A stretch of DNA of 64,000 nt from the human T2T-CHM13v2.0 reference genome, Homo sapiens: the NCBI RefSeq assembly GCF_009914755.1, contig NC_060928.1; one strand, 5' to 3'. Position 1 is the stretch's first letter. Every line of letters begins with the position of its first letter. Below the pieces are notes generated by a model. It saw only the letters and a list, made by a program, of their open reading frames with translations, was not told where the DNA came from and ran no database searches. Shown here piece after piece: positions 12,862-31,850 of this stretch. Made by a program: the position numbers and the translations under genes.

Positions 12862-14156
12862 CAAAGAAAATTCAAAAAGTGCATGTAAGATGCTTATTAT
12901 GAAAAAAAATCTGTCGATGGATTTCAAAATTTTCTTGTAACAAACTCATACTAATTTATTAAAACATGTCTGAACTGAATCCAGATTGAAGCACTAAGAA
13001 TGATAAGACAGCAGCTTGAAAAAAAACTCCTGTCAGGTCAACATGAATTCTGCTAAAATTAAAGCAAGAACAAATATGAAATTTATACGAAGATTGAGTA
13101 GAATAACAGTAAAACCACTGATGTTTTATAAAAAGTTTATTAGTGAAATCTCCCAAAGAAATTATTAGTTTACAAATGGATAACTCATTTTAAGAAGGGA
13201 CAAGATGATGCTGAAGATGAAGCCCACAGTGGCAGACCATCTGCATCAATTTGCAAGGAAATAAATGTATCTTGTTTGTGCCCTAATTTGAGAGGACTGA
13301 TAATAAATAGCAGAAACAATAGCCAAAAACTGTAAACATCTCAATTTGTCCAGCTTACGGAATTCTGACTGAAGAATTAAAGTTGACCAAACCTTCCAGC
13401 TGAAGGGTACCAAAACTGTTCTCAGATCAGCCACAGATAAAAGAACTTTCAATGGAAATTTTAAACAAATGTGGTCAAGATCCGGAAGTATTCATTTGAA
13501 TAATTTTAACAAGAGTTGGAACATAGCTTTGCCAATATGATTGTGAAGGCAAAGCCCAATGAAAGCAATGGCTATCAACAGGGTGGATGTGATCAGGTCA
13601 AAGCAAAAGATGACAAGTCAATAGGTAAGATCATGACAACAGTTTTTTGAATTGTTTAAGGCTCTTTGCGTGCTGACTTTCTGTAGGGCCAAATAACAAT
13701 AACAGCTACTTATTATGAGAGTGTTTTGAGGCGTTAGTCTAAGCTTTAACAGAAAATTGCCCAGGAAAGCTTCACTAGAGAGTTCTTTTCCACCACAGCT
13801 GTGCATCTGCTTATCCCTCTCTTCAAATGAGAGCAATTTTGTGAGAGTTTTGGTGAGAGACCATTATGCATACACCTTACAGTCCTAATTTGACTCCTCC
13901 TAACTTCTTTTTTTCATAATCTTAAAAATATCAGTAAAAGGCAACACTTTTTCTTTAATTAATAAGGTAAAAAAATATTGCATTGACACATTTAAATTCC
14001 TGAGACCTCAATTATTTAGGGATAGACTAAATGGCTGCTATCATTATGGTATGAAAGTGTCTTAAACTTGATGGAGCATATGTTGAGAAATAAAGGTTAT
14101 ATTTTTTATTTTTATCTTTTAATTTTATTTTCCATGGACTTTTTGAAATCCCCTCA
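12862..14156 (+). mobile_element. Full-length Hsmar2 (HSMAR2) mariner DNA transposon, decayed
   Basis: 31-bp TIRs at 12862-12892 (degenerate) and 14126-14156; TA dinucleotides at 12860-12861 and 14157-14158; 1295 bp long; internal transposase relic. Confidence 0.93.
13043..14093 (+). pseudogene. Hsmar2 transposase relic with stops and frameshifts
   Basis: Starts MNSAKIKARTN at ATG 13043; DDAEDEAHSGRPS segment; YSPNLTP (YSPDLAP motif); ends LDGAYVEK-TAA at 14093; no intact long ORF. Confidence 0.9.
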
Positions 14157-15255
14157 TATTAAATGTGAGCTATAATTAATGTTAATTTAATATTATAATA
14201 AAAGTTGGCTATTAATATTAGTTTAATGTTAATTGATATTAAATGTTAAATAGTTCAAAGTATATTTCATATTAGTCATATTTTAAACTTTATAAATTTA
14301 TATGACATATTATTTCCCTATCATTACTTATTTTTCAAGAACTTAGTTTTTAAAAGTAAAAAATATCTCGTTATGAATATTTCACGTCAAGTTTAACTAA
14401 TGCTATTTTGACTATCTTCCAATTTCTGTTTTAATAAAATTATAATTAGCATGTTTTACGTCAATATTTTTGGATATTTTAAATAATTCAGCTAAGATAA
14501 CTTACTAAAACTGAAAATAAAAACTAAGAGGTCCTTAAAAATATATTTAAATTGCTTTCTAGAAAAACTTTATCAACTATTTTAAACAGAAATATGAGTA
14601 AAGGAATGAAACTATGTTCCTCAAACATTTTCAACATTAGATATTGCTATTAAAACACTCTGGTCAATTTGTCAACTGATGTGAATGTTGGTATTTTATT
14701 TTAGAAGTTAATAAAAAATTTTTGAATACATCTTGACCTTTGGTTTTCTTTGTTTCTAAATGTTTATATTGCTTTGTTTAAAATATAATTTTTGTTTTAT
14801 ACTAAAGCTGCTATTTAAAAATACGCAATTAAAATGTCACATTTGTGGTATAACTTTTATATCCTAATACAAATAAATTAAATTTCACCAATATGTGCTA
14901 CAGAATTTTAAATGCACAAAAATATAATTATCATCAAGTGATTCCTAAAATGTGTTTTTGTTTACATGTGAACCAAGGAAGTTATGTGTTTAACGCAAGA
15001 TTTTTCTGCTTTACTAGAGTCAACATTCAGTTAAAAGCTAATCTCCCATTGTGTATTAGACTGAAGCAAATTGTCTGTTGTTAAATAATTTTTACTAATA
15101 TATGACTATATAAATTAATGGATAAAGAGTTAACTTGCTTTTGGAAGATGTTAGTATGTGCATATGTTGCAGTAGCAAATTAAATAGTGGTTTACTTAAT
15201 TATTTAATAAGAAATTTATAATTACATGATGATAAACTTACATATTTTATATCAC

Positions 15256-15830
15256 TGTAATAGTCTCATAATGTTGCTATAACAAATTACCACAAACTTA
15301 ATGGCTATGACAATACAAAAGTATTATTATATTATAGTTCTGGAGGTCAAATCCTGAAGTCAATTTTTTGTCAGGGTTACAGTCTTCTGGAGATAATCGA
15401 AGATAATAGGTTGCAGAGAGAATCCATTTCTTTGCCTTTTTCAGTTTCTAAAGGCAATCTGTATTCCATGGCTTATGGCCTCTTACATTTTCAAAACCAG
15501 CACATAACATCTTCATATTTCAGTTTCTGTCTGATCTCTGCTTCTGTCACCATATCTCCTTTTTTGATTCTGATTCTCCAGGCTCCCTCTTATAAGGACC
15601 CATATGATTACATTGTATCATCCAAATAATCCATGAAAATTTTATATTTCATGATGTTTAACTTGATCACATGTGCAAAATCTCCTTTGCCATGTAAGTT
15701 AACATTTTCACAGGTTCCAAGGACTAGGATATAAACATTTTAACAATGCATTCTTCTGTCTACCACATTCCTTCCTTGGGCTTCCAAGATTTATTTCAAC
15801 CCCACTTGCAAAATACATTCACTTTTTCCC
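15256..15830 (-). mobile_element. MLT1D-like LTR (15256-15767) plus short MLT1-int stub
   Basis: GCTATAACAAATTACCACAAACTT, GTTCTGGAGGTCA, CCTCTTATAAGGACCC, ends CTACCACA; followed by int-like GCAAAATACATTCAC. Confidence 0.82.
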
Positions 15831-16664
15831 AATTTTGGGGTACAGATAGGAAGAATTTCTCCAGGGGAAGCAAAAAGCCGTATGTTTTGATATATGGAAA
15901 GGGAAAATGTAAACTCTTAAATTGGATGAGTTCTCCAAGAAAATTGAAGGATGGTCCTTTAAAAGGGAAGACGTTAAGAAATGAGAATGTGTACCAAAAA
16001 TTATTTTGAGAAATTAGTAGAGGAAAGAGTATTTAAACACTTGATACATTCCAGTTGATTTGTATATATATATTTTTTAGTCTTTGAGAGATTGGAAGCA
16101 TCTTAAATAAATATAACTTGCAACATTTTATTGCTTTGATTAAGACAATGTTCCACATGGCATCTTAAGATTTATTCATATTACTTCAACTTGAATGAAA
16201 ACTTATGACTATCTTCTTAAAAAGTAAAGAAAAAATGGAGAAAGTCTTTGATCATGAAACTTAGAAAGATTGCCACTGTAATAAAGTCTACATCTTCTCA
16301 GCATGTCAAGAGTCGCTAATAACTATCAACTTTTATAAAGAAATGTGTAAAATTGAGAATGGGTGATTTAATCAAATCGAACATTTTATCAGATACATTT
16401 AATTACCCACTCCAGATTTGTTTTAAATATGAAAAGCTTATGCCCTTCAAATTACTTATGGCTTATGTTTAATTAAATTTATTTTTATCATTAGGAGTAT
16501 ATTAAACTTCAATATGAAAAACTAATTTTAAACATAGGCATCATATATGCATTAAAACAAGTACATAATCCATGGCCAATTTTAATAGATTTTAATAATG
16601 TAGCTGGTTAAAGGTGTTTCTATTTCTCATTTTTCCTTTTTCTTTGAGTTTGCTCTCAGTCTTT

Positions 16665-16810
16665 ATTTTGCCAAATCCCATGGTCAACTTTTTCTCTATT
16701 TAAACTTTCAGTAATATTTGATCAGTTGATATTTTCCTCCTTCTTGAAATACTTTCTTCATTCAACTACCAAGACATTGTACTTGGCCCCCTTCTCAGTT
16801 TCTATCCTTT
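16665..16810 (+). mobile_element. L2 fragment
   Basis: CCAAATCCCATGGTCA...ATTTGATCAGTTGAT...CTCCTTCTTGAAATACTTTCTTC is typical L2 sequence. Confidence 0.6.
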
Positions 16811-16854
16811 TCTTGAGGACTTATATAGTCTTGCAGATCTTTTAGAAAATATTA

Positions 16855-20615
<3,761 letters not shown>

Positions 20616-20619
20616 GCAT

Positions 20620-22200
20620 ACTTTTCATTATTTTATTAGAAGAGTTGTCTAAGTTTTTGCTTTGTGGTTACCATCAGGTTTAAAATCTTGTAGTTATAAC
20701 AAGTTATTGGAAACTGCTGACAAGTTAATTTTGATCACAAATAAGAGAAACAAAGAAAGAACGAATTAAAATATAAAACTTTATACTTTAATTCCATCTC
20801 CTTTGTATTTTGAATTTTTGCGTATCAATTTATATCTTTTTATATCTATCTCTTAAGAAATTGCTATAGTTATAATTTTTATAGTGTTGTCGTTTAGTCT
20901 TCATACTAAAGATACTAAAGTACCATACTGAAGTAATGGTAGTTTATCATTACGGTATCAGAGTATTCTAAATTTGCGTACTTACTCTTACCAGTGAGTT
21001 TTACAGATGATGATGATGATAATATCTTGCTTTATGTAAGAATCTTTTATCTTTTCAGACTGAAGAACTCCCTTTAGCATTTCTTATAAGAGAAGTCTGG
21101 TGGTGATAAATTTGCTCAGCTTTTGTTTGTTTGGGAAAGTCTTTATTTATGTTGAAAGATAGCTTTTCTTGATACAGTAAAGCTTTTGGAAGTTTTTATT
21201 TTTCTTGTTCTTTTTTTTTTTTTTTTTCATCAGCACTTTGCATGTGTTATCCCATTCCCTTCTGGCCTGTAAAGTTTCTGTTGCAAAGTCTGTTGTCAGA
21301 TGTATCAGAGCTCCTTTAAATGTTCTTTTCTTCTTTTCTATGCTGCTTTTAGAATACTCTTTTTGTCATCAGCCTTTGCAAGTTTAATATATTATATGCC
21401 TTTGAGTAGTCTTATTTGAGTTGAATTTGCTTGGTGATTTTTGAACTATCTGTACCTGGATATTAATGATTTCTCTAGTATTAAAAAGGTCAGTGTTATT
21501 GTTTCTTTGAATAAACTTTCTATTCCTATCTCTCTGCCCCCATTTTAAGAACAATGACTTATATTTGCCCATCTGCTTCTATTTTCTAAATCTCCCAAAC
21601 ATTGTTCATTTTCTATTCTTTTCTTTTTTTTCCCTCACCTCTGAGTGTGTATTTTAAAATAACCTGTCTTAAAGCTCACTGACTCTTTCTTTCTCTTGAT
21701 TGATTACACAGTTGAGACACTGTGATGCATTTTTCAGTTCATAAATTATATGTTTTACCTTCAAGATTTCTTTTTTTCGATTTCTGGAGAGGTCACACAT
21801 CTACATCACTCCAGTGTCACTCACTAGTGCCTTATTTAGTCCTTATTTGGTGAGGTCATATTTTCCTGAATGTTCTTGATGATTATGGATGTTTGTTGAC
21901 AAGTCTGCTAAATAAAGAATTAGTTATTTTTTCTGATCTTCACAGCCTCTCTTTGTTTGTACCCAGCCTTTCCAAAGGGCTTTCAAAAAATTCAAAGGGA
22001 ATTGACTGTTGCATTCCCTGTCTGTGATCATTACAGCCAGTTTAGCACTTAAGGGCACCTAACGTCCAATTATGCTCTGACCCTTTTGAATACTCTTAGA
22101 TACTCAGACCTGATGTACTTGAGGGTGATCAGGGAGAATTCCCTGTGTTCCCAGGAAAAACTCACACTTATTTCCCTCTTTGCCCCACCCTCTAACCAAT
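20620..22200 (-). mobile_element. Older L1M 5' portion (inter-ORF, ORF1, 5'UTR)
   Basis: CTGAAGAACTCCCTTTAGCATTTCTTATAAG...GTCTGGTGGTGATAAATT...CTTCTGGCCTGTAAAGTTTCTG are L1 ORF1-antisense motifs. Confidence 0.72.
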
Positions 22201-22289
22201 TGGAGAGAGTTTCTCTCCTTCCCAGCAATGTATTAAAAGGACAATACATCCATGGGCCAAGTGGTTGAATATTTATCATTTGATATTCA

Positions 22290-22985
22290 ATTATTGTATT
22301 TCACTATATTAACAGACTTATGAAGAGAACCCATATGGTTTTTCTCCATAAAGGCAGACAAATAATTTGACACAAGACACAACTTAACACAAATGTCTTA
22401 TAAAGTTAAACACACCTGTACTGCAAGACTCATCACTGCCCCTCTTAAATATTACGTAAGAGAAATAAAAATATATTTCTACACAAAAACTTGTATGCAA
22501 AAGGTCCTAGTGCTGTAGCTTTGTTTACACTAACCAAAATCTGAAAATAATTCAAATGACCATTAGCAGGGGAATGAATAAACAAATCGTAGTATACCCA
22601 TAAAATTGAATACTACTCAGCAATAATAAATAACCTATGAAACAGGTAGCACATAAATGTAGCTCAGCATTCTTATGTTGTGTGAAATAAACTAGACATA
22701 AAAGAGTACACAATATATTACTTCATTTATATTAAAATATGTAAAAGACAAATATATTGTGACAGAAAGCACATCAATGGATGTCTAGGACCAGGGATGA
22801 ATGGAAAATTAATTCAGAGTAAGGACACAGGAAACATTTTAGAATGATGTAAATATTCCCTATATTGATAATCTCACAATTCTATTGCATAAAGATGTAA
22901 ATAAGTCAAAAGTTTTCAAATGTACATGTAAAATGGTGCACCCTAATATGTAAATTATACCTCAATAAAATTGACTTGAATTTTT
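22290..22985 (+). mobile_element. Old L1M (L1MB-ME class) ORF2 scrap and 3' end
   Basis: CACAAAAACTTGTATGCAA, GAATACTACTCAGCAATA and TAAATTATACCTCAATAAA 3' terminus. Confidence 0.72.
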
Positions 22986-23124
22986 TATAGTTATAATTTT
23001 TTATTATTAAATAGTCAATACACAAATTTCTCCGTTGACGGTAACTCAGAATAAGTGACTTTATAAATGATTGATTTCTTAATACTGTAATTATCCACAT
23101 CCCATTTAATCCAAATTTTTAATA

Positions 23125-23451
23125 CAGTCATGAACCACTGGATGTTCAGTTAGCAACAGACAACATATACAACTGTGGTCCCATAAGATTAGAATACTGT
23201 ATGTTTACGGTGCCTTTTCTATGTTTAGATATTTAAGTATTTACTGCTGTGTTACATTTGCCTACAGTATTGAGTGCAGTAACATGTAGTACAGATTTGT
23301 AGCCTAGGAACAAGAGGCTATCCCATGTAACCTAGGTGTATAGTAGGCTCTACCATCTAGGTTTGTGCACTCTATGATGTTCCCACAACACACAATCACT
23401 GAAGGACACGTTTCTCAGTACAAGTCCCCATTGTTAAGCAACACATTACTG
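23125..23451. mobile_element. Tigger3a (MER7A-type) non-autonomous DNA transposon
   Basis: TA-CAGTCATG start; GGTCCCATAAGATTA and GTAGCCTAGGAAC...TACCATCTAGGTTTGTG; ends TTAAGCAACACATTACTG. Confidence 0.85.
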
Positions 23452-23914
23452 TGTTTTTATTTAAAAATTATTTTTTAAAAAAATAATTGCATTTGACTTG
23501 TTGACAGAAGTAAATTAATTTTTAAAAACATATTGAGAATTTTAAATTATAAGGGAAAATAATTGCAACTTTTATCCTGTTAAACTAACATTAAAAATGA
23601 AGACAAATAAAATATTTCTTAGGCTTAACGTAAGTGAGAGAGGTTTTCATTTTAAATTTGCACTAAAATATTCTAAAATAAATTTGTAAACATAATGGAA
23701 AGCAAACAAAACAAAAGAGAGTATAGAAATAAATACAGAGCAACTAAAATAAAACTTTTATGAACTGCATGAATGTTGATGATTCTAAACAATTATTGTA
23801 AAGTCTTTTAGGGTTAAGCAAATGTAGAAATAAAATAGATGACAATTACCTGAAAGATGAAAAGAGGAAAGATGGACTTAAAGTGCTAAAAATTCTAACA
23901 TTATGAAGTGTAGT

Positions 23915-24373
23915 ATATAGTTGGAAAAGTAGTCATAACTATTTCCTTCTCTAAATCCATGTCCTTTGCAATGTAATTTACATCTTCTTTCATCAAGAGG
24001 TAGCATCTACTTCCTTCCTTCTTCAACCAGGAATGACCTTATTTTGGTAATTCAATGCACCATCCAGGACAGTGTTTCTTCTAAAGATAGTGATCAATAA
24101 ATTTGCACACCTCTGCTGTATCTCTTGGACTGAAAATGCCACGTGAAGAAGCTTGAGTTAGTCTGCTGGAATATAAGAAAAGGTATATCAAAGACATGAC
24201 ATCCTGGGTGAGGCCATTCTAGGCCAACAGGTCCATAAATCTTTTACTAGCTGACCCCAAATGCCTGAGTAAATCCAGTCAAGACTACACATCTCTGACA
24301 CATAGGCTAAATAAATTGTGGCATTTTTAAGACAGTACATTTTGGTGTGCTTTATTATACAACTAAAGATACA
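23915..24373 (+). mobile_element. Old MLT1 LTR (MLT1G/H-like)
   Basis: CCTTTGCAATGTAATTT..CATCAAGAGGTAG, TGCCACGTGAAGAAGCTTGAG, AATAAATTG..TTTTAAG..TTTTGGTGTG 3' end. Confidence 0.6.
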
Positions 24374-24374
24374 T

Positions 24375-25450
24375 TATTAATTTAAATCAACATAGAACAA
24401 AACAAATGGAAGTATTGATATGCTTATGTTATGAAACACTCAGTATTATACAGCAGATAATTTTTTCTTAAAAGATAATAGATTCAATGCACTGCAATAA
24501 AATCTCAGCGTTTTTTGTTATAAACAAGCTATTTTTAACATTTGTATGGAAATATAAGGAGAAAAGAATACACAAGAAAATGTTGAAGAACAAATTGGAG
24601 GACATTACTGTTCTTAAGACCTTTTGTAAGCTATCATACTGAGAATATTATTATTATTGAAAGTATAAAATGATAGAGAGCACAAACTGCAAACAAAACA
24701 AGTAAAATATTTAAACAAAAACCTCACTAAAGAGAATATCTAGAGGAAAAGAAGTACTTGAAATTTGGATCTTACTGGTCAATAGAAAATGGAATTTATG
24801 TATATCCACAATGATACATTGAAACACATATATCAGAATTCAAATGGAACTGCTATTTCAAAGGATTGGTGAGGATTTAATCAACTGAACACTATTATTC
24901 ATTGCTGGATAAATGCACAATTTTGGAGACACAGTGGAAAACAGTTCGTCAAAAATTTACAAGGTTAAACACAGCCTACCATATAGTCTGGACATTTTAC
25001 TTCTATATATCCACCCAATTAAATAAATACATGTCCTTACAGATACTAGGAAAAGAATAGCTCCAAACTGGAAAGCCTAATGTTGATCAACTCAAGAATG
25101 GTAAATAAAAAGTGGTTTATGCATATGATTGGAAACTTTTTAGTACTCGTAATGAATATGCTGTTGAACAAAAAATATGAATCTGTAAATTATTATACTA
25201 GGAAAAATAAGAATGACACAATATTACACACACTATAATCAAATTTATATGAAATTATTTCTCGAAAATTGTTGCTTGTGCTGGTTGAAGAATGACACAA
25301 AGGAAATGAAGGAACACTTCAACGTAATGGGATGTTCTGCAACTCGATTGTGATGGTAGTTTTAAAACTTTATGCATCATCAAACTTTATCAAACTGATC
25401 ACTCAAGATGTGTGACATTATGGCATATAAAATTTACCTCACAAAAGTTT
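24375..25450 (+). mobile_element. Old L1M (L1ME-like) ORF2 and 3'UTR fragments
   Basis: AGATTCAATGCA, AATAGCTCCAAACTGGAAA and AAATTTACCTCACAAAAG 3' end; heavily deleted. Confidence 0.6.
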
Positions 25451-25589
25451 TGAAAGATTGCATAACTTTTATTAAGCATATGTATTCTAATCATGGCATA
25501 GTACCATTGCTCAAATTACGTCCCAGTATGTATGATTGTTGTCAAGTATTTTTTTTCATTTTTTTAATATCTTAGGGTACATGAAATTA

Positions 25590-25642
25590 ATGTGATGATG
25601 ATAAAGGTGATGATGATGACATGATGATGGTGTGATGATGAT
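25590..25642. repeat. Imperfect (TGA)n microsatellite
   Basis: Repeated GATGATGAT runs; sits at the tail of the adjacent MIR. Confidence 0.85.
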
Positions 25643-25644
25643 TG

Positions 25645-25860
25645 CAAACAGAAAATATCACACCTACTCTGGCTGGGATGGGCACATTTAATCCTTACAA
25701 GAGTCTTATGAAAAATGTATCATTCTGATGAAACTGAGGCACAAAGTGGTTCATTGCCCAAAAGTGAACAGTCACAAGTCACAGAGCTGGTATGTGTACT
25801 CAGGACACTGGATCTAGAGTCCATATTTCAGTCTAAACCACTAAGTTATTTTGCCCATTA
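25645..25860 (-). mobile_element. MIR SINE
   Basis: ATTTAATCCTTACAA...GATGAAACTGAGGCACAAAG...TTGCCCAAAAG...AGAGCTGG. Confidence 0.7.
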
Positions 25861-26343
25861 TCTAACAATGTTCCACCAAGCAAAGGGCAGGGGGAAAGTA
25901 CAATGGCACAGTATTTAGACAGATGTAAGAATTACCAATAAAGGAAAGCTTATTACTTCAGAATCAAATAAATGAAGAAAGAACAGCCATATCATTATAC
26001 AAGAAATCCCCCTTTCCTTGAATCTTCCTCTACTACACATCCATTGTAGTCAAATTTTTTTTCTTTTCACCTAGCAGGCGAAAATTAAATAAATATATTG
26101 GAGAAATAGTAGGAAGCCTTGTAAAAAGCCTCTACCTTATCACTGACATTAAGACCTTATAACCATAAAATGATTAATAAAATAGTTTTATCATTCATAT
26201 TTAATGAAGCAAAACTGTTTTATCAGTAAGGTTTAACTTTTTAATATCTGTGTATGCCAGTTGACTGCCCACGTTCTAAGTATACCGGCATAAACTTTAC
26301 TTAGAAAGAAGTACATAACAGAGCAAATTAAAAATTTACCACT

Positions 26344-26664
26344 GACCAGGTGTGGCGGCTCAAGCCTGTAATCCCAGCACTTTGGGAGGCCGAGGTGGGG
26401 GATAACCTGAGGTCAGGAGTCCAAGACCAGCCTGGTCAACCTGATGAAACCCCATCTCTACTAATCAAAAAATTAACCATGCATGGTGGCAGGTGCCTGT
26501 AATCTCAGCAACTCAGGAGGCTGAGGTAGGAGAATCATTTGAACCCGGGGGGCGGAGGTTGCAATGAGCCGAGATTGTGCCACTGCACTCCATTCAGCCT
26601 AGGCAACAAGAGCGAAACTCCGCCTCAAAAAAAAAAATAAATAAAAAAAATATATATATATATA
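26344..26664 (+). mobile_element. AluS (AluSq-like) with A tail and (TA)n
   Basis: Full dimer; GGCAACAAGAGCGAAACTCC 3' end; (TA)n at about 26650-26664. Confidence 0.95.
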
Positions 26665-28199
26665 GATCACTTAGTACCTATATTCTACTCAAAATTTGAT
26701 AGCTTGGTCAAACATAAAAAATAATTTCAATAGATTACATGATATCATAGAATTTGCGTTTCTTAATATATTGTGAATAATAGCTTAAGGTCATATAACT
26801 TTTAAAATGCACATTGCTTTAGGAAACTTAATTCCTGTTCTTAGACCTTCTACCAAAAATCATCAGCCAGGTTTTGATGAAATGTTTCACTTAGAATTGC
26901 ATAAAATTTACATTATTAAAAAGGAAACAAATTTCAATATTGCCTTGATAACTAAATTGTCCTCATATCACAATACTCCAACAAGTAGATCTGATTTTGG
27001 GAAAAGAACAAAATATATATTTAAGTAATCCACTTTCTTTTTTGGTTTACAGTTATTAAATAACAGCTTAATTCATTTTAAAATATTTTCACTTTGTTAA
27101 GTACTAATAAAAATACATTGTATTAAGTCAATCTAAAGATTTTAATATTTAGATTATTATAAAATCAAGCAATAAACTTGATTTTATAATAATATACTTT
27201 AGAAATAGGCATAACTAAAAGCAAAATAAGCATGGAAGGCAACAGATACTCAATAGGATTGAGATTTACACTATGTAAAAAAAATATAACTTTGAAAAGT
27301 AAATGACTGTATCTAAAATATAAATTTTCTTCTTAGAAATGTTTGTTCAGAGAAACATTATTTGACATTTTTATCAATTTATAGGCCTTTAGTTGAGAGT
27401 TTTCAAAATAACATTGCATCCAAAGAAACATTAAATGAGAAGATATATCAGAAATGCTGCAGTCATAAATTTATTTCAAAATTGGCATTTTTTAATCATA
27501 TTCACCAAGCGTAAAAGATACTTCAAAGTTTTATTTTGACACTATCACTGTTAAAGCCTGGGCTATAAATTCTAAATAATTGTCTTCAAAGTTTTAAGCT
27601 CACAATCATTTTCCAGGCTTCATATATCAATATGTTTTGCACGTCAGTACTGTACTTTGTGATATGTACATTATTTATGTCATCTTTGTATGCTTCTCCC
27701 GGGATTTTTATTTACTTTTTTGGTATTCTAGACATTTTTTTCCTCTATTTGTCTGCTTTTTTATTTAATTATGGAATTTACCACAATGTTTAAATTTTAA
27801 CTTCCTCCATAATTCCTTTTAAAATTTAAGATCAAATATGTTCACATATATACTACAGTAGCTATTATATTGAAAACTTAATCTGTCACATTATTTAGGC
27901 AAGATATTTTATAGTAGAATTCACGAAACAGGTGGAAGATTGATTTATGTGAAACTGATGTGGTAGGTTCAGGGACCTGTGTTGTATACCACAGGCCTCT
28001 AAAATAAGAGGTTATGTAAATATTATCCTTTGAACTGTATAGTACACAGACATCTTGACCCTTAGTTTGTTACCTGTTTTTATTTAGTCTTCCTCAACTC
28101 TTTCTAAGAAAAAAAAAAAAAACATTAATCAGTGCACTGGGTAACACATTATTACTGAATCATATTAATTCTCCAAGTTAAGAAAGAGAAGATTTAGAA

Positions 28200-29299
28200 C
28201 TTAAGTCTATAAAAAGTATGAGAAGACAAGCCAGACTGAAAGAAAATATTTGCAAAACACATATCTGATAAAAGTCTATTATTTAAAATATGCAAAGATT
28301 TCTTACAACCAAATAATAGGAAAATTTAAGAGCCAGATTTTTTTTCAAAAAATGGGCCTATGAACTTAATTGATATCTCACCATAGAAAACATTTAGATT
28401 CCAAATAAGCATATGAAAAGATGTCCCACATCAGAGTCTCAGGGAAATGAAAATTAAAACAATGACGAGGTACCGCTACACACATTAGAATGGCCAAAAT
28501 CTGTAATAATAACAAGGAAAAATGTTGGCAAAGAGATGGAGTAACAAGAACTCTCATTCACTGCTGGTGAGAGTGCAAAACTATACAGCCAGTTTGAAAG
28601 AAAGACTGGCAGTTTCTTATCAATCTAAACATACTCTTAGCATATGATCCCCCAATTGTGAACCTTGGAAGTTACTCAAAGGTATTTAAAACTGATGGCC
28701 ACAACAAACCTACACAAAGATGTTTATAGCAACTTTATTCATAATTGCCAAAACTTTAAAGTAATAAAATGTCTTTCAATAGGTGAATGTTCAAATTGAT
28801 ATATAACCATAAAACAGAATATTATTCAGCAATAACAATATATTAGCTATAGATTAATGAAAATACATAGAAGAAATTTAAGTGCATATTACTAAGTGAA
28901 AAAAAGCCAATCTTGAAACTCTACGTAACCTACGATTCCAACTATATGATACTTTGCATAAGGTAAAATCATGGAGACAATAAAAAAGATCAGTGATTTC
29001 CAGGGATTGAAGGGAGGAAGAGATGAATACGCAGATTACAATGGATTTTTAGGGCAGTTAATCTATTACATATGAAAGTATAATGGTGGATATATTCCCT
29101 TCTATTTTTCTTAAAACTCACAGCATATTTTCCACCATGAGTGAACCCTAGTGTACAGTGTAATTTGAGTGATAATGGCATGTCAGTGTAGGCTCATTGA
29201 CTGTAACAAATATCATTTTGGTGAAAGATATTAGAAAGCTGTGCATATGTGCAGGAAGGCGGTATGTGAGAATTCCATACTTTCTTCTACTCAATTTTT
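28200..29299 (+). mobile_element. L1MC1/2-like 3' portion, left part (resumes at 31791-31850)
   Basis: GAAAATATTTGCAAAACACATATCTGATAAA ORF2 end, then 3'UTR with GAGTGAACCCTA; split by an L1PA insertion. Confidence 0.8.
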
Positions 29300-31790
<2,491 letters not shown>

Positions 31791-31850
31791 CTACTCAATT
31801 TTTACATGAACTTAAAACTGCTCTAAAAATTAAAATCTATTTAAAAATAT
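31791..31850 (+). mobile_element. L1MC1/2-like 3' terminus (continuation)
   Basis: TGAACTTAAAACTGCTCTAAAAATTAAAATCTATT is the typical L1MC end. Confidence 0.78.
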
